The translations under genes were made by a program, and so were the position numbers. Under the pieces are notes generated by a model. It searched no databases. It was given only the letters and a program-made list of their open reading frames with translations, and had not been told where the DNA came from. From Paraspadella gotoi (lineage: Eukaryota; Animalia; Chaetognatha), in the NCBI GenBank assembly GCA_051294375.1, contig CM119263.1, positions 29,158,079 to 29,222,078 of the forward strand: 64,000 bases of DNA. Direction: 5' to 3'. This document shows, in pieces, positions 12,901 to 23,500 of this stretch (the first letter of the stretch is position 1; every line of letters begins with the position of its first letter).

Positions 12901-14871
12901 TTTTAAAAAAATGTTAATAATTGGTTAAAAAATGCATCAGGCCTTTTTTTTATAAATTTTACCCAGATATATTTAAAGAACAATATAATTGTTACATAAC
13001 AGTGCTCATGCAAGCCTGAATTTACTGGAATCGTCTGTGAACTAAGTTGTCGCACATATGCATGTAATGGGCATGGAAAATGTATGCAAAATGACAACAA
13101 TATTGTATGTAACTGCGATGCAGGTTATTCTGGAGACAAATGTCAAACACCCTCGTGCTCACCGAATCCTTGTCAGAATTCCGGTAATTCTTTCTTCTTA
13201 ATGCTCAGGAAGTACTTTATCTAAAAAAAGAATGTCAAAGTCTGCAACACCTTACTGAATTTAGCTAATAATCATAGCTGGAAATTTGAAAGGCTATCGG
13301 CAAAAAGAAAGTCATCCAAAACGAGAGAAATTAATTATATTCATCAGGTATACATAATTATAATTAAGGAATCTGCATTGTTTTTTAGGAACCTGTGAAA
13401 TCGAAGGGTCAACAAGAAAATGCACTTGCATCAATGGATATGCAGGAGATACTTGTGAATTTCAACCTGGAGCCTGCAACCCCAACCCTTGTAAAAATGA
13501 GGGCATATGTACAATAAAAGATGGAAAAGCAGAATGCTTATGCCAACCTGGATTTACAGGTACAGAGTGTCTCAAGCATACTGTCACTTTACAAATACCG
13601 CTGTGAATGATTAATTTGAAAGAACTACCGGAAAGATAAGTTCATAGAGTTTTTTTTGTATCTTCATTATCATTGTTTATTTGCATTTTTATTGACACAA
13701 TGCGCAATTCAAATGAGGGGGGGATTTTTGATTTGACAATTGATTAAAACATTTATGTGATGTTAAATTTTTAAAGTTGTCCTGATTTGGTAAAAAAATA
13801 ATTTTCATGTTACATTACAGTTGGCCACAATGTTTATTGACCCCTTGTAGATTTGAAATAATTGATGATGATAATGATTTCAGAAGATAAGATGCAAAAA
13901 ATGATTATGAAGAAAATTTGATTTCATGGAAGCTCATTAGATTTATTTTTAAGAAACTGTAAAATGTGACAAATTTAGTAAGCTCTGATTCAGCATAGAA
14001 TGTTAGATGCATATAGTACATTTTATTACTAAAACTATTTTCCAACAGACTGCAGCTCATAAGCATTGGTAATATAATTGACTTAGTCAAACCAGTTGCA
14101 TATCCGTAACAATTTTTAGATTAAAACCAATCAAATACTCTCAAATCCGGAAAGGCTATGATGAAAATCTGTCAGGAAAAGCCTGTGACAATCATTATAC
14201 TATGGCAACATATTATTATGTAACCAAGTAGCTGAAAAAAATATTTTGGGTATTTAGAAAGATTTGAATTTTTCAAAAATGATAAAAAGTTATTTCAGTC
14301 TTTTACTTTGAGTGCTGATAACATGTGATATAATCGTTTGATTTTAAAAATAAAGTAGTACAGTAAATGCATTTTTTATAACCGTACTGATTCACTGTAA
14401 TCATTTGTAAAGTGACTGTACGCTTGAGACACTGTATTTTAAAACTACAACTAAAATCTTTAAAGAATTGAGTAAAATTTAAAAATTTCATTTCAGGCGA
14501 AAAATGCGACCCAGTATGTACAAACCATGATTGTCAAAATGGAGGAAACTGTATTTTAAATCCATTGATTACAAGGGGTTATTTCTGTAATTGCCACGCT
14601 GGATACAGGTAACTTTTAATTAAAAAACAATGTTTTTCACTTCTTATATAAATATTCATTTTACACAAGTGGAGAAAATTGTGAAAAACAAATTGATATG
14701 CCAATCGACTGCTCTACCAAGGAGACTGGTGATTACCCAGACAAAGTTTGCCCTTCAAACGTTTATTATACATGTGAGGGAAACAAAGGCTGGCTTCGTA
14801 GATGTGGTCCACAGTTAGTTTACTCATCTTCTTTAAATCAATGTGTGTGGCAACATGAACTTATTTGTTGA
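912..14871 (+). CDS. Large extracellular multidomain protein: 7 x discoidin/F5-8 type C (galactose-binding-like) domains, S/T-rich linkers, 6 x EGF, C-terminal chitin-binding type-2 (CBM14/peritrophin-A) domain; 5' end unresolved
   Basis: Exons 912-1105, 1870-2000, 2137-2283, 2364-3132, 7462-7661, 7729-7800, 8236-8276, 9056-9179, 9240-9351, 9438-9608, 9668-9802, 9888-10129, 10215-10391, 10451-10558, 10638-11030, 11921-12516, 13003-13183, 13389-13559, 14497-14608, 14670-14871. All introns are GT-AG, phases are consistent, and the total is 4278 nt (1425 aa + TGA). The repeated motif AF.G...EW.S..G.PQ...Y...C.I.F.PR.DN..GN.P.DCP....EGSNDG...YR....DVPGR....KF.VIRD occurs 7 times. EGF repeats such as [11 protein letters not shown]...[13 protein letters not shown] follow, then [53 protein letters not shown]. 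No start codon or signal peptide exon could be securely placed. Confidence 0.88.
3323..4023 (+). mobile_element. Tc1/mariner transposon remnant (left end plus N-terminal HTH DNA-binding region of the transposase), in intron 4 of the discoidin gene
   Basis: TA-CAG start at 3323. The ORF from ATG 3565 ([65 protein letters not shown]) resembles the Tc1 paired-like HTH plus GRPR linker. No DDE domain or right TIR seen before the gap. Confidence 0.72.
4279..4378. other. Assembly gap (100 N)
   Basis: Run of N. The flanking exons (..YSR|IDN..) are in the same phase and continue the same domain, so the scaffold join looks correct. Confidence 0.99.
4437..5150. repeat. Minisatellite array (~20-22 bp units) that switches orientation through palindromic central units
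   Basis: AAAAAATAGTATGCAAGTTG units (~4480-4560), palindromic AAAGTATGCATACTTT units (~4560-4855), then reverse-complement CAACTTGCATACTACTTTTTT units (~4855-5140). Confidence 0.9.
6499..6593. repeat. Small imperfect inverted repeat (~33-bp arms) bounded by TTAA
   Basis: TTAAGTGGGTTAAAAATTAAAAAAACTATATTT versus AAATATAGCTTTTTCTAATTTTTGACCCACTTAA. Confidence 0.6.
6892..7089 (+). mobile_element. GC-rich island with a tRNA-like B box; possible degraded SINE or solo-LTR-like element
   Basis: TGTAG...CTACA ends and GGTTCAATCCC at 6925-6935, set in an AT-rich intron. No clean TSD. Confidence 0.4.
13563..14434. mobile_element. Non-autonomous Tc1/mariner-type element (MITE) filling most of intron 18
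   Basis: TA|CAGAGTGTCTCAAGCATACTGTCACTTTACAAAT at left and ATTTGTAAAGTGACTGTACGCTTGAGACACTG|TA at right; TA TSD at 13561-13562 and 14435-14436. Confidence 0.8.
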
Positions 14872-14884
14872 TGGTTGATTAATC

Positions 14885-14890
14885 AATAAA
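14885..14890 (+). terminator. Candidate polyadenylation signal of the discoidin-EGF-CBM14 gene
   Basis: AATAAA 13 nt after the TGA. The region is AT-rich, so this is weak. Confidence 0.4.
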
Positions 14891-15048
14891 AACTCATATT
14901 TATTAAATAATAAATAATAATTTTTATATTGGTTATACCAATTTCATAGTATTCTAAATATTATCATTTGATTAAATTTAATGAAATAAAATAAATTTAA
15001 AAAAAATTGAAACGATGTGATAATATTTTCTTTTTTCGTCGTTAATGA

Positions 15049-15257
15049 GTTAAGAGAAAATCAAAGTTTTTATTGAATTGTGCAACGAATTTTATTTGTT
15101 CAGATACGGACATGTTTCGGCTTGTAATGTTCAAGCCTTCATCATAAAAATGTACTAGACGCTGATGAAGGCTTGAACATTACAAGCCGAAACATGTCCG
15201 TATCTGAACAAATATAATTCGTTGCACAATTCAATAAAAACTTTGTTTTTCTCTTAA
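15049..15257. mobile_element. ~95-bp near-perfect inverted repeat, probably a Penelope-like element pseudo-LTR pair
   Basis: Left arm ~15049-15144, right arm 15163-15257, 18-nt spacer. The arms contain hammerhead sequence and an AATAAA. Confidence 0.75.
15159..15201 (+). ncRNA. Minimal type I hammerhead ribozyme (Penelope/retrozyme-type)
   Basis: ACG-CTGATGA-A-GGCTTG(AACATTA)CAAGCC-GAAA-C-AT-GTC-CGT: intact CUGAUGA and GAAA cores, 6-bp stem II, palindromic ACATGT stem III, GUC cleavage triplet ending at 15198, short stem I ACG/CGT. Confidence 0.8.
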
Positions 15258-15592
15258 ATTGAAACAAAAAAGGGAACAATTAGGAGTATGAAAAATTGTA
15301 TTAACATTAATTTGGAAAAAAATTACAGTATATTACAAATTCTATTGATCTTATAGTTAACTATCCTAATAAAAGTTATTTTTTAAAAAACCTTAAAGAG
15401 TAAATTTGCTTCAAGATAAATTTTAGAACTTGAATAAAAAAATATTTGATATTAACATCGTTAAAAATTAAAGACATTTTATCACATGACATTTATGAAA
15501 GAACATAAAAAATGAAAATTTAAAAAACTTTTTTAAAATTTAATACCTTTAATATAATTAAATACTCCTAAGCTAAATCATATGTACTGATG

Positions 15593-16985
15593 CAAATGCA
15601 CTCATACTTATTTACACTGAACCAAATGTACTAATAATTATCTACACCAAACCATTTGTACTAATAATTATCTACACCAAACCATTTGTACTAATAATTA
15701 TCTATACAAAACCATTTAAAATTTTGTACTCATACTTATCTATACCAAACCATTTCTACTAATACTTATCTACACCAAACCATTTCTACTAATACTTATC
15801 TACACCAAACCAATTGTACTAATACTTATCTACACCAAACCAATTGTACTAATACTTATCTACACCAAACCAATTGTACTAATACTTATCTACACCAAAC
15901 CAATTGTACTAATACTTATCTACACCAAACCAATTGTACTAATACTTATCTACACCAAACCAATTGTACTAATACTTATCTACACCAAACCAATTGTACT
16001 AATACTTATCTACACCAAACAATTGTACTAATACTTATCTACACCAAACAATTGTACCAATACTTATTTACACCAAACCAATTGTACTAATACTTATCTA
16101 CACCAAATCAGTTGTACTAATATGTATCTACACCAAACCAATTGTACTAATACTTATTTACATCAAACCAATTGTACTAATACTTATTTACATCAAACCA
16201 ATTGTACTAATACTTATTTACACCAAACCAATTGTACTAATACCTATCTACACCAAAACAATTGTACTAATACTTATCTACACCAAACCAGTTGTACTAA
16301 TACTTATCTACACCAAACCAGTTGTACTAATATGTATCTACACCAAACCAATTGTTCTAATACATATCTATACCAAACCATTTGTACTAATACGTATCTA
16401 TACCAAACCATTTGTACTAATACTTATCTACATTGAACCTAATGTGCTAACATTTATCTACACCAATCCAAATGTACTAATGCTTATCTATGCCAAACAA
16501 AAGTACTAATTAATACTTATCTACAATGATCCAAATGTACTAATATTTACCTAAATTGATCCAAATGTACTAATACTTATCTACTCCAAACCAATTGTAC
16601 TAATACTTATCTACACCAAACCAATAGTAATATTTATCTACACCAAACCAATTGTACTAATAATTATCTACACCAAACCAATTGTACTAATACTGATCTA
16701 CACCAATCCAATTGTTCTAAAACTTATCTACACCAATCCAATTGTACTAATGCTTATCTATGCCAAACCAAAAGTACTAATTAATACTTATCTATAATGA
16801 TCCAAATGTACTAATACTTATCTACATTGATCCAAATGTACTATTACTTCTCTACATTGATCCAAATTTAATAATACTTTTTTACATTGATCCAAATGTA
16901 CTAATACTTATTTACATTAAACCAAATGTATTAATACTTATTTATATTCAACCAAATGTACTAATATTTAACAACATTGAACCAC
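15593..16985. repeat. 30-bp tandem satellite (TGTACTAATACTTATCTACACCAAACCAAT)n, roughly 45 copies
   Basis: Near-identical units at 15730-16400, degenerating at both ends. It accounts for the spurious YLHQTNCTNT ORF. Confidence 0.95.
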
Positions 16986-19900
16986 TTATACTATTTCTTC
17001 CATATTATTTCTTACACCTATAAAGTCCTATATACATGTTTTTTCTTCTCTGAAGTTTATATAATTTGAAGCAAATGCGCTGGTTTTTATCACGTCTCAA
17101 CCAATTTCAAAAAAAATTTTTTGTGCCAAATTTCAAAATGTTAATTAAAATAGGTCTTTATAAGCTTATCTTTATGAAAATAAATGTGGTTTAACTCATC
17201 TGCACTGAAAGATAAATAAGAACTATTACTTTCCCATCCTCATCAAGCTTATCAAGACCAACCACTAAGTTGTCTTCTTAATTGTTTCGAATCACTTATT
17301 ACTACAATTTACATTTTTAACATTTTGTGATACTAAAGTTTAATAAAATTTTTTACTTACTTCCTGCGAGACTCGTTTTGCTGCTTACAGAAGGTGCTCC
17401 TTCCAAAGGGAACATCGATCTGAAAATTTAAGATGTTCAAAACAATGAGTTAAATAAAACTAAGAAATTAAACCGCGATTTAAGCTTTTTCTTGGTTTAC
17501 AAGATTAATAGCTCACTGTGCTACTGAGTAATTAAATAAGTAGAGCAGATGATTAAAAAAATTATAAAATATTCAATATTTTAAGATAGTGATCGTGAAA
17601 GATAGTCAAACAAGCAATATTGTAATTTTTATACCTATAAAGCGGACCAGGATCGTTACCCCAATTTCTTCTTCTCATCCCAAGGGGTCGGCGATTTTCA
17701 GAAATAGTTCCTAACATCACGGACATTCCTTAAATTCGCGAAAGGATAATAGGAGAGTTAAATGATTGCTTACTCGCTCAAACCTTCATAGTCGTTTTTT
17801 CAAACCCTATAACGTGCGAGCGCTTCGAAAGCTTCAAAAATCCAAATCATAAAAGACTATTTTATCCGAGTCTTTTTACCAGGCGATCGACGTCTGAGGT
17901 TTCGCGCTTCGTCGCAAGTCGTTTCCGGATGCCACTCTTGTTTGCAGTGATAACAAAAATAAATGTTGCATCCCTCTCTCTGACATTGAATTCGAGGGCA
18001 GGAGGCACAACCGGTGGCGATCACAGCGTAACTTAATTGGAGAATTAATTAAGTTAATTTTAAGTTTACCTTAAAAGGATGAAAATTACTCACCCACAAT
18101 CCGGAGCGGGGCACCATCGACAATCAGGCTCGTTGGCGAGATGACGGCGAAGGGTGAACTCCCCGAATTTGGCCATGAGTTGATCGTCTTGCAATATTCT
18201 TTCAATGTCGGTAGGATGAAAGAGTTCAACGCATTCTGTTTAATGAATGGTAACCAAGAATCTTGGCAAGATTGTAACCATCACGTTTTCTTTATACAAT
18301 TTGTTCGATACTGTTTTAGAGGGATGTACAGAAGGCGGGCCAAAATTGAACACTTTTTATCACTTTTAGTTCTCTCAAAAATATTTCTTTTTTCCTTCTA
18401 TTACAAAATCGATTTTTAATGCAACTTTTTGAATTAGTTCATTGAGTTGTTGCACTGAAGCTTTTAAATATTTATTAATATATAATAAATGACAAAAATT
18501 TTTTTCCTAAATTTTATTTTTTAAGAACGGATTCTTTTAAAGCTTAAAATTTTGACAATAAATTGGTTAAAAATTTAAAAAACCCTAAAAAATCATTATC
18601 ATCATCATCATCATTGGCTGAATCTTATAGTTTTTTCAAATTTTCATCAATAAAACAAAGGTTCCGCGTACAAACGTTGCATTTAGGAAAAAAACGACTC
18701 TTTCCACTATTGTTTAGTTGTTACTTACAATATTGATTAACTATGTGCCACAACACAAATTGGGCCGAACTAAGGATTGGTTAGAAACATCTCCACCCGT
18801 TTCTAATGATAAAATAGTACCATTTTGGCAACTTTTAGGGAAAAAAAATTATGTCCATTTTTGTCAATTTTTACTTTCGACTTCTGATTTGAATGCCAAA
18901 GAAAGTTGAGAAAATTTTTTTACTTTGGAAATCCGTTCTTCCTTATCTTCTTTACCCCTGGGTAAATTTATTTGCTTAAATCATTTACAGTTTGCCTATG
19001 AATTAATTTTAAAGTTAACAAGTCAAAAAGTTGCAGTTTCAGTCTTTATATTAATTTGTTAAACAAAAATAATTCAAATTAGTTTAAATTAACAGAAAAT
19101 ATAGCTTATTGAATAAGCTTTTAACACCTACAAAATTTTTTAAAAAACTTTTTTCATTTAGCCGCAAATAATTTTTAAAGACAACTTTTAATTTGTGACT
19201 TTTTGTGACTTGCATTTATTTTTGATAAAGAGAATATTTTCAACTCATTTATTAGTTTTAAAAGATGGGGTAATTACTGATGTTTATAAAACAAAAAAAA
19301 CCGCATCATTTTAACCCAATGGAAAGCGTCAGGACTTGTTTTTTCTCAGAATCGACAGATTTTGCGGAAAATATTTTCCTCAAAATCTGTCGATTTACTA
19401 AATCTGCTAGGCAACCAAAATTGAAATAAAATCTTCTGTTACCGTTAATTTTCTTTCTTATAATGCATATAAAGATTTTTTTTTGATTTGGCTCAATGTA
19501 AACATAGTGAGAAGAAAGAGAAAAGGGAGAACAAGAAAATGAGAAGGGGAGAGATTGAAAGAGGGGGAGAAAGGCAAAAAAAGAAGGCAAATGGCGAAAA
19601 AAAGTGAAACAAATGTAAGGTGGGAAAAGAGGGAAAAATTGAAAGAAAAATTGGGGAAAAGAAAGGGAAAGAGAGAAGAAAAGAAAAAAGGCGAAGAAAG
19701 TGCAGAAGTGGCAGAAAAAGGTAGGGGCTAAAAAAATGGTAAGTGACAGCGTAAGAAGTAATGGAGGAAAGAGGAAGAGAAAAATATAAAGAGAGAGAAG
19801 AAAAGAAAAGAAAAAATAATCAGGAAAAGCTTATGAAGGAAAAAAAATTGTTTCAGATAATGTGGCGTCTTACCTAAAAACTTTTATGCAAGTGAAAGAC

Positions 19901-20463
19901 GTGAAGATTCTTATGAGGAATTCGATCTTTAAAAATCATCTGTACCATAAAAATTCAAGCATACTTATTTCTAAAATTAAGCAGTTAATGAGATTAGATT
20001 GACAATCATTGAAGAAATCATGTCTTACCGTATTTTTAACTCTTAGAAATTTACATGGGAAGTTCTAAGTTCTAAGTTCTAAGGAGATAACTTGAGACTA
20101 CCGTTTTTATAAATGAAGAAAGCTTCGTACTAACCAATGAGATCAAGAAATATGGTAATTATTGAAGTTCAGATTTCGTTGTCTAAAAGACTCCGATTGT
20201 AGGCCGAACCCAAAACAAATTTAAAAAGTTGGAATAATAACCTTTATCTAACTTTTAAAGCTCTATCAGAATCTATTAAAAAATATTGAAAAATTAAAAA
20301 ATAACATTTTAACTTTATATAGTAATAAAATACTTTTTAAATGCTTCCGTGCATATCAATAAGACAAATTTTAAAAATTATTTTCATTTTCATATTCTCT
20401 AACAATCACTTTACCATTATTTATTTGAGAGAACTTCTAGTTTTCAACCTGTTCCGGCCTAAA

Positions 20464-21876
20464 TTGTACAAATTTGCCTAATGTGCAAAAAAAAAAAAAA
20501 AACGCGCCACGTTATATCAGCCCTTAAAAATATTCATGAAAATTTATATATTTTTTTTAAATTTTAAGAGTAAATTAAAATGATGAGCGAAGGTTTTCCG
20601 TCCAACAGTTTATGTCCAAAAAAGATTAAGTAAAATATAAATAGTGTAGCATAATTTTTTTTCAAAATAAACTATTCGTTTGGGAACAGTGATTTTTTAA
20701 AATAAAATAATACACAGCAAAGCAATATGTAAAAAAATTTAATTTAAGATTAATCTTTTTTCTTTTTATATTTTATAGTTATACTTTTTGTAATAAATTA
20801 CAAATAAAAAAAATTATAAGAGATTCAGAAAGATAACTGGTTTGACCCAGATTTCTAAATCACAATTTTAAAGTTATTAAAAAATCTTAAAAGCATAAGG
20901 ATCGTCGCAATCGCATAAGAAAAATGTGGATTGACGACAAATTTTGACACTAAAAAAATAAAATTTGAGAAAAAAAAAATATATAAACAAAAAGAAAAAT
21001 TCTAATTTGCGATTGTCAATTAAAAAAAAAATAAAGTATCGAAGAAAATTAAAGTTACAGTTTATGAAAAAAAAAAAAAAAAAAAACTTTCATTGTCTAA
21101 AAATAAACTGATCAGCAGACGCAGTCCCTGAGAAAAAAAAAACGAAATAAAAACCCAATGTTGCAATAGCAAAATGATAACATGCACGAATACGATGCCT
21201 AATTTTACAATTTCAATCCTAATTCAATTTTTTTTAATAAAAACGCAGAGAAAGAGAGAGAAAAAAAAAAAGAAATCAAAAGGCAGCAGCAGAAGCAGGA
21301 GAGAGCCCCTGCAGAGCCAGCTGCAGATTCGTTTTTTTTTGAAGAATCAGCACTGGGGAAAAGAGAGAGAGATAGAGAGAGCTACATGTAATTAAAAGAG
21401 AAAAGAGAGAGAAAAGGACACAAAAATAAAAGAGGAAATTTGTTTGTTTTGATAAAACGGAAACAAAACATATTTAATAACTGTCCTGACCCAATTTTAA
21501 GCACATCGATGATGAGTAGCTTCATACACCCAAATTTAATCATAAAAAAGGCGATCTATAATTTGGAACGCCGACGAAAAAGCGTTACAAGATCGTCGCA
21601 AACGCAAAGCCATTGCGACGATAAAAGTCAGATGAATAACAAATAATAAATTTTTGAATAATTTTCAATTTTTATATCTTGATTTAAAATACTTAGGTTT
21701 AAAAATCATATCTCTTAAACTATTTTACCGATTATGATAAAATTTATACATTAATTTATTTTTCTAAAAATATATTTTTTTTATATAATTTTTAAAAAAT
21801 TTCTTATGGAACGTCTGGTATTTAAAGTTATAAAGTGGCGCGTTTTTTTTTTTTGCATATGAGTTTATCTTGTACA
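20464..21876. mobile_element. Putative MITE with ~50-bp imperfect TIRs, in the RNF19 intron
   Basis: TGCAAAA(n)CGCGCCACGTTATA near 20485-20515 versus TATAAAGTGGCGCGTTTT(n)GCA near 21829-21858. Outer boundaries and TSD are approximate. Confidence 0.5.
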
Positions 21877-22404
21877 ATGAGCATCCATGTGCTATCTTGC
21901 TTTTAAGAAATTCATTTGGTTTACATTAACGTACATCTATTTAGTAGCAACTAGTGTTCCGATAACCGTTAACTGTTAACGGTTAAAAATAATTTTAACT
22001 TAACCGTTAATATATTTATTTTAACGGTTAAATTTGGTTAATTTTCAAATGTGATTTTTTGGTATGAAATCTTTAAATTAAAAAAAAAAATTTTTTTTTC
22101 TGTTCTCTCTTATTCTCCTCTCCCCTTTCTCACCATATTTTGACCCCTCTCTCTCTTCTCCACTTTTTCCCTGCTTTTTTCCTTTGTTATTTTCTTCTTT
22201 TTTTTCTATCCTCATCTCTCTCTTATTCTTTCTTCCCCTTTATATATCTCATCCTGTTCCTTTCTTTTTCTTTCTCACTTTTTCCCTTTTTCTTTCCCCC
22301 TTTCTTTTTTCTCCTTTTTTCGCCCTTTGCTTTTACCTTTTTCCTTTTTTTTGCCCTTTCATGCAATAATATATATTCAATTTAGCTAAAAATAAATAAT
22401 CCCT

Positions 22405-22659
22405 TGTGGCGGTATATTCACACCGCCTCACGTCCACCATCCTACAGCCAAATCCATTGGCTCAGAGGGGGAACACACCATCCCGGGCGTAGTGTTCCAT
22501 CCACAGTCCTAACGACTTCCCTCTGCGTTAGCAAAGCAAGACCGACCTAGGGTAACCGCGCCAGTGACTGGAGCCGTCACTGAGGGTCGGAAGCCCCCAA
22601 AGCCAACAGTGAGATTCCCTATCCCAATGGGCATCACAGGCAACCCGGCTGTTGCCATA
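22405..22659 (+). mobile_element. 255-bp structured element, copy 1 (solo-LTR/TRIM-like, tRNA-like internal promoter)
   Basis: TGTGGC...GCCATA termini; 4-bp TSD CCCT; A-box-like TGGCTCAGAGGG at 22458; B-box-like GTTCCATCC at 22494. Confidence 0.8.
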
Positions 22660-22854
22660 CCCTCTTATTTTACTTTTTCTCTCTTTTTCTTTCCCTCTTT
22701 AAAATTAACAAAGAAGCAAATGAAATAAAACCGAATGAATAAAAAAAAATGAATAAAAAACCAAATAAAAAAAAATTATTTTAAAAAATTTAAAAATTAA
22801 TAATAGAAGGAACGAATCTTAAAAAAGACATATAAAAAAGAATAATGATGATAT

Positions 22855-23109
22855 TGTGGCGGTATATTCACACCGCCTCACGTCCATCATCCTTCAGCCA
22901 AATCCATTGGCTCAGAGGGGGAACACACCATCCCAAGCGTAGTGTTCCATCCACAGTCCTAACGACTTCCCTCTGCGTTGGCAAAGCGAGACCGTCCTAG
23001 GGTAACCGCGCCAGTGACTGGAGGCGTCACTGAGGGTCGGAAGCCCCCAAAGCCAACAGTGAGATGCCCCATCCCAATGGGCATCACAGGCAACCCGGCT
23101 GTTGCCATA
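22855..23109 (+). mobile_element. 255-bp structured element, copy 2
   Basis: Highly similar to copy 1 but with its own 4-bp TSD (ATAT), so it is an independent insertion. Confidence 0.8.
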
Positions 23110-23460
23110 ATATACTTTTTAATTAAACTGAAAAATATATTTATTAATCAATAATTATTTGATCAATCGATAAATCAACCAGTCTATCAATAAATTAAAA
23201 TTCATATTTATATTTATGGTCATTGACCATTGGTCATAGTTTATGAAAGACTAACAACAGAAAGCAGGCGTTTAAGAAACTAACAACTACAAAAATAATG
23301 AGGAAGAGAAGAAGTAGAGAAAGAAAAAGAGAAAGCAAAAGAGAGAAAGAGAAAACAAAATATAGAATTCGAATTTGATGGTATCCTTTCGTTTCAATGT
23401 GTTATGAGATTAGCAAAAATATTTGTTTTGTTACAACAACAATTTTATTTGATATAAAAA

Positions 23461-23500
23461 ACAGACATGTTTCGAATCTGTTTCAAGTCTTTATCAGCGC
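23461..23500 (-). ncRNA. Degenerate hammerhead ribozyme relic
   Basis: Minus strand GCG-CTGATAA-A-GACTTGAAACAGATTC-GAAA-CATGTC-TGT: same layout as the 15159 motif, with a core G>A change and an eroded stem II. Confidence 0.55.

Noticed and set aside
16122-16436. ORF of repeated YLHQTNCTNT
   Set aside because: Translation of a 30-bp satellite; neighbouring units have frameshifting deletions and there is no splice context.
15593-16985. CRISPR-like regular 30-bp periodicity
   Set aside because: Units are directly adjacent with no unique spacers, there are no cas genes, and the context is eukaryotic.
22560-22620. Hammerhead or HDV-like ribozyme inside the 255-bp element
   Set aside because: CTGAGGG...CAAA does not satisfy the CUGANGA/GAAA core, and I could not build an HDV double pseudoknot by eye.
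22405-23109. Copies 1 and 2 as the two LTRs of one TRIM
   Set aside because: Each copy has its own distinct TSD, and the AT-rich spacer shows no evident PBS/PPT.
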